Source: Candidatus Cloacimonadales bacterium
GTDB taxonomy: Bacteria > Cloacimonadota > Cloacimonadia > Cloacimonadales > JAFGVF01
Direction of reading: 5' to 3'
Length of the DNA stretch: 64,000 bases
NCBI GenBank assembly: GCA_963678315.1
Contig: OY782781.1
Location: forward strand, 640,001-704,000
The stretch's first letter is position 1. Every line of letters begins with the position of its first letter. This document shows positions 49,741 to 58,897 of the stretch, one piece after another. The notes beneath the pieces were generated by a model. That model saw only the letters and a program-made list of their open reading frames with translations. It ran no database searches and was not told the origin of the DNA. The position numbers and the translations under genes are program-made.

Positions 49741-51339
49741 TTAGATTATCGTATCTTTTTTGTACATTGCATCATTACGTTCCGGATAATCAATAACGTA
49801 GTGAGCACCTCTACTCTCTTTTCTTGCAAGGGCTGAGATGATTATTGCTCTAGCGATAATAGCTAGATTTCTAGTTTCAATAACCTCTTTTCTTACTGAA
49901 TTATGCTGATAGAAATTGTTAATTTCCATATAAATATTATCTAATCTTTTTAGGGCATACTTCAATAATCGCCTTGACCTAATAATACCTACATAACCTT
50001 GCATAATTTGTCCAATAATTTCTTTATTATTAGAAATTATAACCCATTCATTCTCGTTAAACTCACCTAAGTCTTGCCATTTAGGAATCTCAGGAAAATC
50101 TACATCTTTTTTCATATCTTCGTTATGGGCAGCTCTATAGGCAATGACCAAGCTTTCTAAAAGAGAATTAGAAGCAAGTCGGTTAGCTCCGTGAAGTCCA
50201 GTACAAGCCACCTCTCCTGCTGCGTAAAGTCCTTTTATATCAGTTTGACCATTAATAGAAGTTAGCACTCCCCCACAGAAGTAATGAGCTGCAGGAGCGA
50301 TAGGTATTGGCTGTGATGTAAAATCTACCCCTTGCTTTAAACATTTACGGTTTATATACGGGAAGTGGCTTTTTAGCTCTTCTGCTGGAATATGCCTTGC
50401 ATCAAGATGTAAGAATTTATCACCTGACTTCTTGAGCTCTCTTTCAATGGCACGGGAGACTATATCTCTAGGTGCTAGACAACCCATTTCATGGTATTTC
50501 TCCATGAAGGTTTTGCCGTTTTGTAGTTTAAGAATAGCTCCTTCACCTCGCAAGGCTTCACTTACCAAGAAAGTCTTACCTATATGAGAATAGAAAGCTG
50601 TTGGATGGAATTGGATAAACTCCATATTAGCCAATCTTGCCCCAGCGAGTTTTGCCATAGCAATACCGTCACCAGTAGCAACTTTAGGGTTTGTGTTATG
50701 GTTATAAACTTGACCTGCCCCACCTGTAGCCAGCATAGTCTTCTTAGCTCTGAAAATCTCAATCTGATTATTTGAAGTATCCATCACATAAGCGCCCCAG
50801 CAGGTAATCTCTGCTATAAATTCTTCTAGTTGAGGAATATGATGTTGGGTTATTAAATCTACTGCAAGATGATTCTCATAGAGAGAGATATTTGGATTGT
50901 TTGTACAGTTCTCTATCAATGCTTCCATAATCAAGTGACCAGTAGAATCTTTAGCATAAGCTACTCTTGGTCTTGAGTGTCCACCTTCTCTGGTCAGTGA
51001 TAAATTCTCTATACTTTTATGCATGATTGAGTCGTTTACGGTAAATTCTGTACCAATATCAATTAAGTATTGGATTAGAGCCGGACCATCCTCAACAATC
51101 TGAGATATGACTTTCTTTTTACCTAATTCTGCGCCAGCTTTATATGTGTCACGTATATGTTCATCAAAGGTATCTTGCTTGTTTAAAACTGCTGCAATCC
51201 CCCCTTGGGCAAAGTCTGTATTACAATCTCTTAACTTCTTTTTTGTAACTACAGCTACTTTACCTAGTTTAGCTGCTTCTAAAGCGAACACTAAACCTGC
51301 AATACCACTACCAATCACTAAATAATCATAATTTTTCAT
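49741..51339 (-). CDS. nadB: L-aspartate oxidase
   Basis: GSGIAG, AQGGIA, EGGHS, QFHPT, LAPRDIVSRAI, PAAHY, HGANRLASNSLLE. Start at 51339 or 51357. Confidence 0.95.
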   Translation of the reverse strand: MKNYDYLVIGSGIAGLVFALEAAKLGKVAVVTKKKLRDCNTDFAQGGIAAVLNKQDTFDEHIRDTYKAGAELGKKKVISQIVEDGPALIQYLIDIGTEFTVNDSIMHKSIENLSLTREGGHSRPRVAYAKDSTGHLIMEALIENCTNNPNISLYENHLAVDLITQHHIPQLEEFIAEITCWGAYVMDTSNNQIEIFRAKKTMLATGGAGQVYNHNTNPKVATGDGIAMAKLAGARLANMEFIQFHPTAFYSHIGKTFLVSEALRGEGAILKLQNGKTFMEKYHEMGCLAPRDIVSRAIERELKKSGDKFLHLDARHIPAEELKSHFPYINRKCLKQGVDFTSQPIPIAPAAHYFCGGVLTSINGQTDIKGLYAAGEVACTGLHGANRLASNSLLESLVIAYRAAHNEDMKKDVDFPEIPKWQDLGEFNENEWVIISNNKEIIGQIMQGYVGIIRSRRLLKYALKRLDNIYMEINNFYQHNSVRKEVIETRNLAIIARAIIISALARKESRGAHYVIDYPERNDAMYKKDTII

Positions 51340-51358
51340 TTCAGCCTTCTTCAACAAA

Positions 51359-51862
51359 TTACAACATATTGGTATCGAGTTTCATTACGATAGCATCTTC
51401 TTTGGGTTTCATGTAATAGTCTTTTCTTCTTCCTATCTCCTCAAAGTGAAACTTCTCATACAGTCTCTGAGCAGGAATATTAGAAGCTCTAACCTCAAGG
51501 TAGATATAAGAACATTCTAATTCTATAGCTTTATTAACCAAGTTCATCATTAAAAGACTTCCTAAACCCTGTTCTTGAAAATCTGCTTTTACACCTATAT
51601 TAAGAATAGTATATTCATCGAAAATTGCCCAGCCCATGTAGAAGGCTATCACTTCTCCCCTATATTCTAAAACATAATTGTTTCGGCAGTTTAAAGTCTT
51701 TCCCTTTACAGTCTTTGTGAAATTATCCTTCTGATTGAAATCATCTTGAAACATTTCTAAAGTCCATGGATGTGGGAAAATATCTTCTTCTAGAGCATGA
51801 ATTTGCTCAATATCTGATTCAATAAATTCTCTTATGACAATATCATCTTGCTTTATTTTCAT
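51359..51862 (-). CDS. rimI: Ribosomal-protein-alanine N-acetyltransferase
   Basis: FPHPW, LEVRASN..A..LY, RKDYY..P.EDA..M. Confidence 0.9.
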   Translation of the reverse strand: MKIKQDDIVIREFIESDIEQIHALEEDIFPHPWTLEMFQDDFNQKDNFTKTVKGKTLNCRNNYVLEYRGEVIAFYMGWAIFDEYTILNIGVKADFQEQGLGSLLMMNLVNKAIELECSYIYLEVRASNIPAQRLYEKFHFEEIGRRKDYYMKPKEDAIVMKLDTNML

Positions 51863-52139
51863 AAAACTCGTACCTATTTATATATTTTGTAACAAATAAT
51901 ATAGATTTAAGTATCTGTCAATAATAAGTCAGACTTTCTTCAGTTATAGTTTGAGTAAAAGACTAAAGATTGCTTCCTATTTTTAAATATATATTACTAC
52001 ACAAACATCAAACACTTGATTATTTTTATGCTATTCCTACTTATTCTCTATGTTTTTTTTCACTGCTAAAGGCTCATTATAAAAGACTTTTCAATATAAA
52101 GATAAATAAATCACGAAAAATAACTTGCCTTAAATCCAT

Positions 52140-52160
52140 TTCATACTAAATTAGTATATA
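52140..52160. promoter_or_regulatory. Candidate Rrf2/IscR operator
   Basis: ATACTA-aat-TAGTAT palindrome (52143-52157) just upstream of the Rrf2 gene. Confidence 0.4.
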
Positions 52161-52184
52161 ATAAATAAGTTGTAAGGATTAAGT

Positions 52185-52631
52185 ATGCAGTTAACTACTA
52201 AAACTGAATATTCTATTAGAGCATTAGTTCTTCTTAATGAAGATAAAAACTCATTGATTTCAATTAATGAGATTTGTAAGAGACAGAACTTGCCAAATAA
52301 GTATGTCGAGCAGTTGTTTAGAATGTTAAAGAAAGAGAACATAATTGGAAGTATAGCTGGTTCAAAAGGTGGATATTACCTAAAGATACCAACCCTGTGC
52401 ATCTCCTTAGGGAGAATCATGGAGATTGTTGAAAACCACCCTTATGAGACAAGTTGTGAACGTAACAACATGGAGTTCGAATACTGTCCGCAAAAGAATT
52501 GCCAATATAAACTACTATGGCATGAAATTTATGGAAACATACGAGATTACTTAGCAACTATTACACTCGAAGATATAAAAAAAAGAATAGAAAGAGGTAG
52601 CAGTGATGGAATCAAAGAGAATCTATCTTGA
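52185..52631 (+). CDS. iscR: Rrf2 family regulator, IscR-like
   Basis: TTKTEYSIRAL, YVEQLF..L, GSKGGY; three C-terminal Cys; heads the iscS-iscU operon. Confidence 0.8.
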   Translation: MQLTTKTEYSIRALVLLNEDKNSLISINEICKRQNLPNKYVEQLFRMLKKENIIGSIAGSKGGYYLKIPTLCISLGRIMEIVENHPYETSCERNNMEFEYCPQKNCQYKLLWHEIYGNIRDYLATITLEDIKKRIERGSSDGIKENLS

Positions 52632-53787
52632 TAATTGTGTTACTACAAAACCAGATCCACGCATATTTGATGTTATGAAAGAGACTTGGGAGAACCAGTA
52701 TTGGTACCCAGCAAACTTTTTCTTATTAGGTGAAGCGGTAAGAAGCAAACTAAACGAATATCAGTCAAGTTTAGCTAAAACTATCAATTCCCAAGCAGAT
52801 GAAATCCATTTCACAAGAGGTGGTACATCGGCAAACAACATCGCTATTAAAGGCTTACTTAGTGCGAATGCAGGAAAAGGCACACATGTTATCTGTTCTT
52901 TAGTAGATTATCCTGATATTTTAACTAATATTTCCTTCTTCGAGAATAGTGGCTTTGAAGTTACTTATCTTGAGCCAGATGAATATGGTATTGTTTCAGC
53001 CCAAAAAGTAAAAGATGCAATCAGACCAGATACAATCATGCTTGCTACAACTTGGGTTAATCATGTAATCGGAACTATTCAACCAGTTGAAGACTATGGT
53101 AAGGTTTTAGCTGAAGCAGACCACAAAATATTCCTTCATGTTGATGCAGGACAAGCCTACGGCAAGTTCCCAATTGATGTTGAAAAAACTGGCATAGACA
53201 CCATGTCTGTTTCTGCCCATAAGATTCATGGACCTCAAGGCATAGGTTTTCTCTATAAAAAAAGTAAAACTCCTCTTGGACAGGTTGTTCATGGTGTAAA
53301 TAGAATCGATAATCTTGAAACTGGTGGTATTAATACAGGCTTGGTAGCAGGCTTTGTTAAGGCAGCTGAAATTACCTTTGAAGACCTTCCAGCTATGGAG
53401 AAACAACTTAGAGATACAACTAAATATCTTTATAAGAAAATTATGGAAAATATCTCAGAAGTTGAGCTTAATGGAACAAGCTTAGATGAACGTGTTGCTC
53501 ATAATTTGAATGTTTCTATTGATTATATAGAAGGTGAGGCTATGGCTATGATGTTAGATATGAGTGGAATTACTGTTGCCACAGGTTCAGCTTGTGCTTC
53601 TCAAGGATTAAAACCTAGCTACGTCTTGATGGCAATTGGTAAGAATCACATGCAGTCTCATGGCTCACTTAAATTCACAATAAGCAAATACACTACAAAA
53701 GAAGATATAGATTATACAGTTGAAAAACTAGTAGGCGTTGTAGAGGAACTTCGCAAAAGAAGTCCATTTTATAATAAAAATAACTAG
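52606..53787 (+). CDS. iscS: Cysteine desulfurase (IscS/NifS type)
   Basis: IYLDN, HVDA, SAHKIHGP, GSAC, PSYVL.A. Confidence 0.9.
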   Translation: MESKRIYLDNCVTTKPDPRIFDVMKETWENQYWYPANFFLLGEAVRSKLNEYQSSLAKTINSQADEIHFTRGGTSANNIAIKGLLSANAGKGTHVICSLVDYPDILTNISFFENSGFEVTYLEPDEYGIVSAQKVKDAIRPDTIMLATTWVNHVIGTIQPVEDYGKVLAEADHKIFLHVDAGQAYGKFPIDVEKTGIDTMSVSAHKIHGPQGIGFLYKKSKTPLGQVVHGVNRIDNLETGGINTGLVAGFVKAAEITFEDLPAMEKQLRDTTKYLYKKIMENISEVELNGTSLDERVAHNLNVSIDYIEGEAMAMMLDMSGITVATGSACASQGLKPSYVLMAIGKNHMQSHGSLKFTISKYTTKEDIDYTVEKLVGVVEELRKRSPFYNKNN

Positions 53788-53807
53788 GTAATATAAAAGA
53801 GGATATT

Positions 53808-54428
53808 ATGCAATATTCAGAAAAAGTTTTAGACCACTTTATGAATCCAAGAAATGTTGGTACAATAGAAAACCCAAGTGCTACTGCAACTGAAGGTTCT
53901 CCTGCTTGCGGAGACCAAGTAACAGTATATTTGCAAATTAATGACGAAACTAAAGTAATTGAAGATGTTAAGTTCAAATCTTATGGCTGTGCTTCAAATA
54001 TTGCAACTGCTTCAATGATAACTGAAATGGCAAAAGGTAAAACCTTAGAAGAAGCTGAAAAGATCTCTTGGAGAGATGCTATGGAAGAACTTGACGGTCT
54101 TCCTCCTACAAAAGCTCACTGTTCTGTCTTAGCTGCTGATACACTTCATAATGCTATTATTAATTATGAAATTGCTCACGGCTTACGAGAAGTAGCAGAC
54201 TTCTCTAAAGAGACCATAGTTAAAGAACTAAAACATGTAATTTACCCTCAAGTAGGTGAAGATATTGTCACCCTTAAAATGGTAAAGTATGTTGGTTTTG
54301 AAGATGGTGTCGCTATTATCGATTTAGAAATTCCTTCTTTCGATAAATACCGTGATAATGTCAAAGAAGAAATTGAAGAACACCTAGAAAAATATACTCA
54401 AATTAAAGAGATTAAAATTACAATGTAA
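53808..54428 (+). CDS. iscU: Fe-S scaffold IscU/NifU-N with C-terminal DUF59-like extension
   Basis: YSEKVLDHF.NPRN, CGD, GCAS, LPP.K.HC; extra ~75-aa C-terminal domain. Confidence 0.88.
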   Translation: MQYSEKVLDHFMNPRNVGTIENPSATATEGSPACGDQVTVYLQINDETKVIEDVKFKSYGCASNIATASMITEMAKGKTLEEAEKISWRDAMEELDGLPPTKAHCSVLAADTLHNAIINYEIAHGLREVADFSKETIVKELKHVIYPQVGEDIVTLKMVKYVGFEDGVAIIDLEIPSFDKYRDNVKEEIEEHLEKYTQIKEIKITM

Positions 54429-54456
54429 ACACTAGTAAATCTAGCGAATAATATAT

Positions 54457-54486
54457 GGGACACTTGCACAAGTGTCCCTTTTTTTT
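54457..54486 (+). terminator. Intrinsic terminator of the isc operon
   Basis: gggacacttg-ca-caagtgtccc followed by a T tract. Confidence 0.8.
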
Positions 54487-54503
54487 ATTCAAATTAAGGG
54501 CTC

Positions 54504-55098
54504 CCTTACTTGCCTCCTTGAAAAAAAGCCGATTTTTCAATGAGACCCTTAAGGCTGAAGTGAGGATTAGGAGTTAGGAGTTACTGGGAACGCTTTGCCT
54601 CTTTTAGGGGTGCATTCATCCTTGAATGCGCATCTTTAAACATGCTTGCATGGTTGAAGAGAAATACCTTACATCATTCATTTTTTGAATGATGATGTTT
54701 CGCAAGCAGGGACTGTGACAGGCGAAGACTGATTCGAGCTGGCTGATACTGGGATCGCTATCGGCCCTTAAGTCAGGCGAAGACTGATCCGTGCCGGCTC
54801 TTGTATTTAAATATATGCTAAACATATATTTAAATCTCTTATATAACCTACTTTCGTAGGTTTGGCCATCAGGGACGATGGCGTTCCGACTTTGCAGGAT
54901 AAACCAGAGAAGTAAATTTTTGTGTAAACTGGGAATGCTGTAGAGACGTTTGGAAAAACGTCTCAATTGCAAGCAAGGACCGTGACAGGCGAAGACTGAT
55001 TCGAGCTGGCTGATACTGGGATCGCTATCGGCCCTTAAGTCAGGCGAAGACTGATTCGTGCCGGCTTTTGTATTTAAATATATGCTAAACATATATTT
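54504..55098. repeat. Hairpin mosaic left of the IS21 (cluster I-left), including a ~267-bp tandem period
   Basis: 51-bp palindrome; ttaggag heptamers; gcattc/gaatgc hairpin; gtatttaaatatatgctaaac recurs at 54803 and 55070. Confidence 0.88.
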
Positions 55099-55178
55099 TG
55101 TTAATAGAATTATAAAGTGGTACAGTAATGGAAGTATAAAATGGTACACTCCTCAAAATACAAATTTTGAGGATAACC

Positions 55179-56663
55179 ATGATAGAGGAAAGCATGTATC
55201 ACAAGATAAAATCGTGTCAGAATTTAAACTTAAGTGTAAGAGAAACAGCTAGGCAATTAGCTATATCACCAACGACAGTGCAGAAGTTCAGAAAGATGTC
55301 GTTAAAAGATTATACAGAATATAAGAGCAATATCTTTAGACGAAACAGTATTTTAGAGTCTTATAAAGAGTTGTTAAGCCTTTGGATTAAGGAATATCCA
55401 CGAATACGCACAACCAAACTTCATCGTAAATTCCAAAAGAAATACCCCGATATAGTTATATCAGAGCGAGCATTTTCGAATTACATAAATAAACTCAAAG
55501 AAGCAATAAAGCCTCGTTGTAGACGTTATTTTACCCCTGTAACGTATGAACCAGGAGTACAGATACAAGTAGATCCGGGAGAACAAAAAGTATTACTCAC
55601 AACAGGTGAAAAGATAAAAGTTTATTTTGTAGCCTTTAAAATCTCATACTCAAGAATGGTGTATGCTCATTTCCAATTAAGACCATATAATACTAATGAT
55701 TTTATACAAGCTCATGAAGCCTGTTTTAATTATTTTAGATGCTTACCAAAGCAATTAGTTTATGACCAAACAAAGTTAGTTGTAATAAGAGAAAAATATA
55801 GGGAAGTATGGTTAAATAAACTATTTGAACAGTTCCTAAACAAACACAATTTAAACTATTATATATGCGAAGGTTATGACCCTCAAACTAAAGGACTTGT
55901 GGAACGCCATGTAAGAGAAGTAAAAGAAGATTTTCTTTATGGAGATAAGTTTTCAGGGTTAAGTGAGATAGAAATGCGTTCAAAAGATTGGTTTGAAATG
56001 GTAAATAATAGAGAGCATAGCACAACTTTAGAAATTCCGACAGAAGTATTTAAAGCTGAAAAGGATTTAATGAGAACTTATATACCAAACAATAGAGTAT
56101 TGAGAAAAGTAGATAAACAAGGAATAATATCTTGGAAAGGTAATAAATATTCAGTTCCTTATATTTATCAAAAAAAAGAAGTTTTAGTAGAAGAATTAAA
56201 TAGCAAACTTTTGATAATAGATAGCTTAACACTAGCACAAGTAGCTAGTCATTCTGTAAAATATGGAAAGTCAAAGCCGACTATAAATCAAGCACATTAT
56301 ATTGATTATTCAGAAAAATTAGAAACTCTAAAGGATGACGTTTTAGAACTTCTGAAAGGATATCAAAATTATGACGTTTTTGTGACCAGGATTTTAAAAG
56401 AAAACACAAGTCACCCACGAGAACAATTAAGAGCAATAAGACGGCTATATAATGAATATAACCGTCTTGACTGGAATTTTGTAATTAATCAATCTTTAGC
56501 ATTTTCACAACTACGCGCAAGCAAAGTTGAAAATGTTCTTGAAGCTCTCACAAAGCAATTAAAGATAAATGATTATATACAAAACAACCAAAGTAATAAT
56601 AACACAAGTAGTTCAAAACTAGCAAGAGATTTATCAGATTATGATAGGATGGTAAAAAAATGA
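55179..56663 (+). CDS. istA: IS21 transposase IstA
   Basis: N-terminal HTH; PG.Q.QVD, YSR, YDQ, PQTKGLVE, N.R.HSTT, NKYSVP. Confidence 0.93.
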   Translation: MIEESMYHKIKSCQNLNLSVRETARQLAISPTTVQKFRKMSLKDYTEYKSNIFRRNSILESYKELLSLWIKEYPRIRTTKLHRKFQKKYPDIVISERAFSNYINKLKEAIKPRCRRYFTPVTYEPGVQIQVDPGEQKVLLTTGEKIKVYFVAFKISYSRMVYAHFQLRPYNTNDFIQAHEACFNYFRCLPKQLVYDQTKLVVIREKYREVWLNKLFEQFLNKHNLNYYICEGYDPQTKGLVERHVREVKEDFLYGDKFSGLSEIEMRSKDWFEMVNNREHSTTLEIPTEVFKAEKDLMRTYIPNNRVLRKVDKQGIISWKGNKYSVPYIYQKKEVLVEELNSKLLIIDSLTLAQVASHSVKYGKSKPTINQAHYIDYSEKLETLKDDVLELLKGYQNYDVFVTRILKENTSHPREQLRAIRRLYNEYNRLDWNFVINQSLAFSQLRASKVENVLEALTKQLKINDYIQNNQSNNNTSSSKLARDLSDYDRMVKK

Positions 56664-57388
56664 TGGAACAATTAAAGAAAGATTTATTCAGGATAAGGTG
56701 TCGACATATACTCAATAACATTGAATCATATTTACAGCATGGAAGAGAGAAAGAACTCTCTAATCAGCAGTTTTTATCGTATATTATCAGAAATGAAGTT
56801 AATAGCAGAAATCAAACAGCTATTAAGCTAAAAATAAAAAGGTCAAATTTCCCTTCAGTAAAGACATTTGAAGAGTTTGATTATAAATATCAACACAGTG
56901 TAACTAAAAGGATGGTCAATGAGTGGTTGGATTTTGATTGGATAGATAACAGAGAAAATAAGATATTTATGGGACCTCCTGGAGTTGGTAAAACGCATAT
57001 AGCATTAGCTTTGGGATATGAAGCAATACAAAAGGGATATAATGTAAAATTTTACACATTTAATGATTTACTAGATGATATGTTAATAGCATCCAATGAG
57101 AAAAGCCTGAAAGAGTTTATTAAGAAACTATGTAAAAATGAATTAATAATTATTGATGAAATCGGCTATTTACCAATAAAGGAAATATCTTCAAGTATGT
57201 TCTTTAAACTAGTTAGCGAACTATATGAATTTAGATCTATTGTTATAACATCAAACAAACTATTTCAAGAGTGGGGATCTGCTTTTGGAGATAATGTTAT
57301 TACTTCAGCAATATTAGATAGACTTCTACACCATGCACAGCTAATCACGATGGATGGTGATAGCTATAGAATGAAAGGTAAAATTTAA
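56660..57388 (+). CDS. istB: IS21 helper AAA+ ATPase IstB
   Basis: GPPGVGKTH, IIDEIGY, ITSN, AILDRLLHH, GDSYR; ATGA overlap with istA. Confidence 0.95.
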   Translation: MMEQLKKDLFRIRCRHILNNIESYLQHGREKELSNQQFLSYIIRNEVNSRNQTAIKLKIKRSNFPSVKTFEEFDYKYQHSVTKRMVNEWLDFDWIDNRENKIFMGPPGVGKTHIALALGYEAIQKGYNVKFYTFNDLLDDMLIASNEKSLKEFIKKLCKNELIIIDEIGYLPIKEISSSMFFKLVSELYEFRSIVITSNKLFQEWGSAFGDNVITSAILDRLLHHAQLITMDGDSYRMKGKI

Positions 57389-57457
57389 CTTATTTTTTTA
57401 ACCAAAGTGTAACAGTTTATACTTCCAAAAGTGTAACATTTTAAACTTCTCTTGACA

Positions 57458-57920
57458 ATATATTTAAATCTTTTATATAACCTACTTTCGTAGGTTTGGC
57501 CATCAGGGACGATGGCGTTCCGACTTTGCAGGATAAACCAGAGAAGTAAATTTTTGTGTAAACTGGGAATGCTGTAGAGACGTTTGGAAAAAGGTCTCAA
57601 TTGCAAGCAGGGACCGTGACAGGCGAAGACTGATCCGTGCCGGCTGATACTGGGATCGCTGGCCTCCGTGCCGGCTCTTGTATTTAAATCTCTTATATAA
57701 CCTACTTTCGTAGGTTTGGCCATCAGGGACGATGGCGTTCCGACTTTGCAGGATAAACCAGAGAAGTAAATTTTTGTGTAAACTGGGAATGCTGTAGAGA
57801 CGTTTGGAAAAAGGTCTCAATTGCAAGCAGGGACCGTGACAGGCGAAGACTGTTGCTTGCACCCCAAAACCACTTCCCAAGCAAGGACTGTGACAAGCAA
57901 AGACTGATGCTTGGCAACCC
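57458..57920. repeat. Hairpin mosaic right of the IS21 (cluster I-right), 220-bp tandem period
   Basis: cctactttcgtagg at 57481 and 57701; continues the unit interrupted by the IS. Confidence 0.9.
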
Positions 57921-58020
57921 TATAATATCAATTGATTATCTTGACAAATATAATTTTACACTTGATTCTTGTTTTAACTGACTTTCAATGGAAGTTTAGG
58001 ATTACTTAAGGAGAGTAAAT

Positions 58021-58815
58021 ATGAAAAAAAAATTCTTATTATTTCTAGTTGCACTTGTTTTAGCACTGGTTTTGGTTTCTTGTTCAGACGATGATGATTC
58101 TTCATCATCTACAACAGGTCTTGATTTCACTAATGATAACTGGGTAGATGACATTGACTATTATATTATCTACGATTATCAAGCTGGTGAAATTGTTGTT
58201 CAAACAGATAAAGATGTAGAAACTAGCGGAATGAATGTTAATGGGCATCAGATTTTCTTAAACGAATGGGAATATGACGAAGATGAAGATTTTGCATGGT
58301 TCCCGTGGTATACTACAGCAGCTCAATTAACAGAATATGAAGACCTTTCTTTTACAGAAGGTGCAGAACTTGAATTTACCCTTTCTATTAATGGCAACGA
58401 AAATAGTGCTACTGTTAAAGTTCCTACAATGCCACAAGTAACTTTTCCTGCAATAGATCTTACAAGTGATTATGTTCTTGAATGGACTTCTAATGATGAT
58501 CCTGAAGTACAAGTTGTTGACTTTGAACTAGATTTGTTTGATGAACTGGGTGATTATGATTTTGAATATGTTGAAGTATTAGAACAATTAAGTGGTTCAG
58601 TAAGAGACTTTACAATATCTTCAGATAATTACTCTGATTATTCAGATTGGACAGTAGAAGATTACTATATCAGCGTTGATTCTGCCAACTACTCAAAGAG
58701 TGGAAAGTTTATGGTTGTAGTAGTTAACTCTGATGTAAACTCAACTTATGATTGGGATAAATGTGAAAGAAGAAGTAAATATCAATCAATCTTAAAGCAA
58801 ATATCAAGTAAATAA
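58021..58815 (+). CDS. Acidic hypothetical lipoprotein
   Basis: Lipobox LVSC followed by SDDDD; AGGAG RBS; very Asp/Glu-rich; has its own terminator. Confidence 0.8.
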   Translation: MKKKFLLFLVALVLALVLVSCSDDDDSSSSTTGLDFTNDNWVDDIDYYIIYDYQAGEIVVQTDKDVETSGMNVNGHQIFLNEWEYDEDEDFAWFPWYTTAAQLTEYEDLSFTEGAELEFTLSINGNENSATVKVPTMPQVTFPAIDLTSDYVLEWTSNDDPEVQVVDFELDLFDELGDYDFEYVEVLEQLSGSVRDFTISSDNYSDYSDWTVEDYYISVDSANYSKSGKFMVVVVNSDVNSTYDWDKCERRSKYQSILKQISSK

Positions 58816-58836
58816 ACTAATAAAATATATAACTTA

Positions 58837-58867
58837 GAGTAGTGAATTTTCACTACTCCTTTTTTTT
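58837..58867 (+). terminator. Intrinsic terminator
   Basis: gagtagtgaa-tt-ttcactactc followed by a T tract. Confidence 0.75.
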
Positions 58868-58897
58868 GTGCAAAAAACAAGCAAATAATTTTGATTA

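Larger units (their letters stand above)
55099..57457 (+). mobile_element. Complete IS21-family insertion sequence with 8-bp target-site duplication
   Basis: TG...CA ends; about 52-bp imperfect terminal IRs (TGTTAATAGAA..GGAAGTATAAAATGGTACACT versus TGTCAAGAGAA..GGAAGTATAAACTGTTACACT); ATATATTT at 55091-55098 and 57458-57465; carries istA and istB. Confidence 0.95.

Noticed and set aside
51863..52184. oriC at the point where gene orientation flips from mostly minus to plus
   Set aside because: No DnaA-box cluster or dnaA gene seen; the region is explained by divergent promoters and an Rrf2 operator.
54841..54890. Hammerhead-ribozyme-like look on the minus strand (CTGATG..GAAA)
   Set aside because: The core reads CUGAUGG, not CUGANGA, and is tied up in the gccatc/gatggc stem. 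The GAAA is a tetraloop, not a junction strand.
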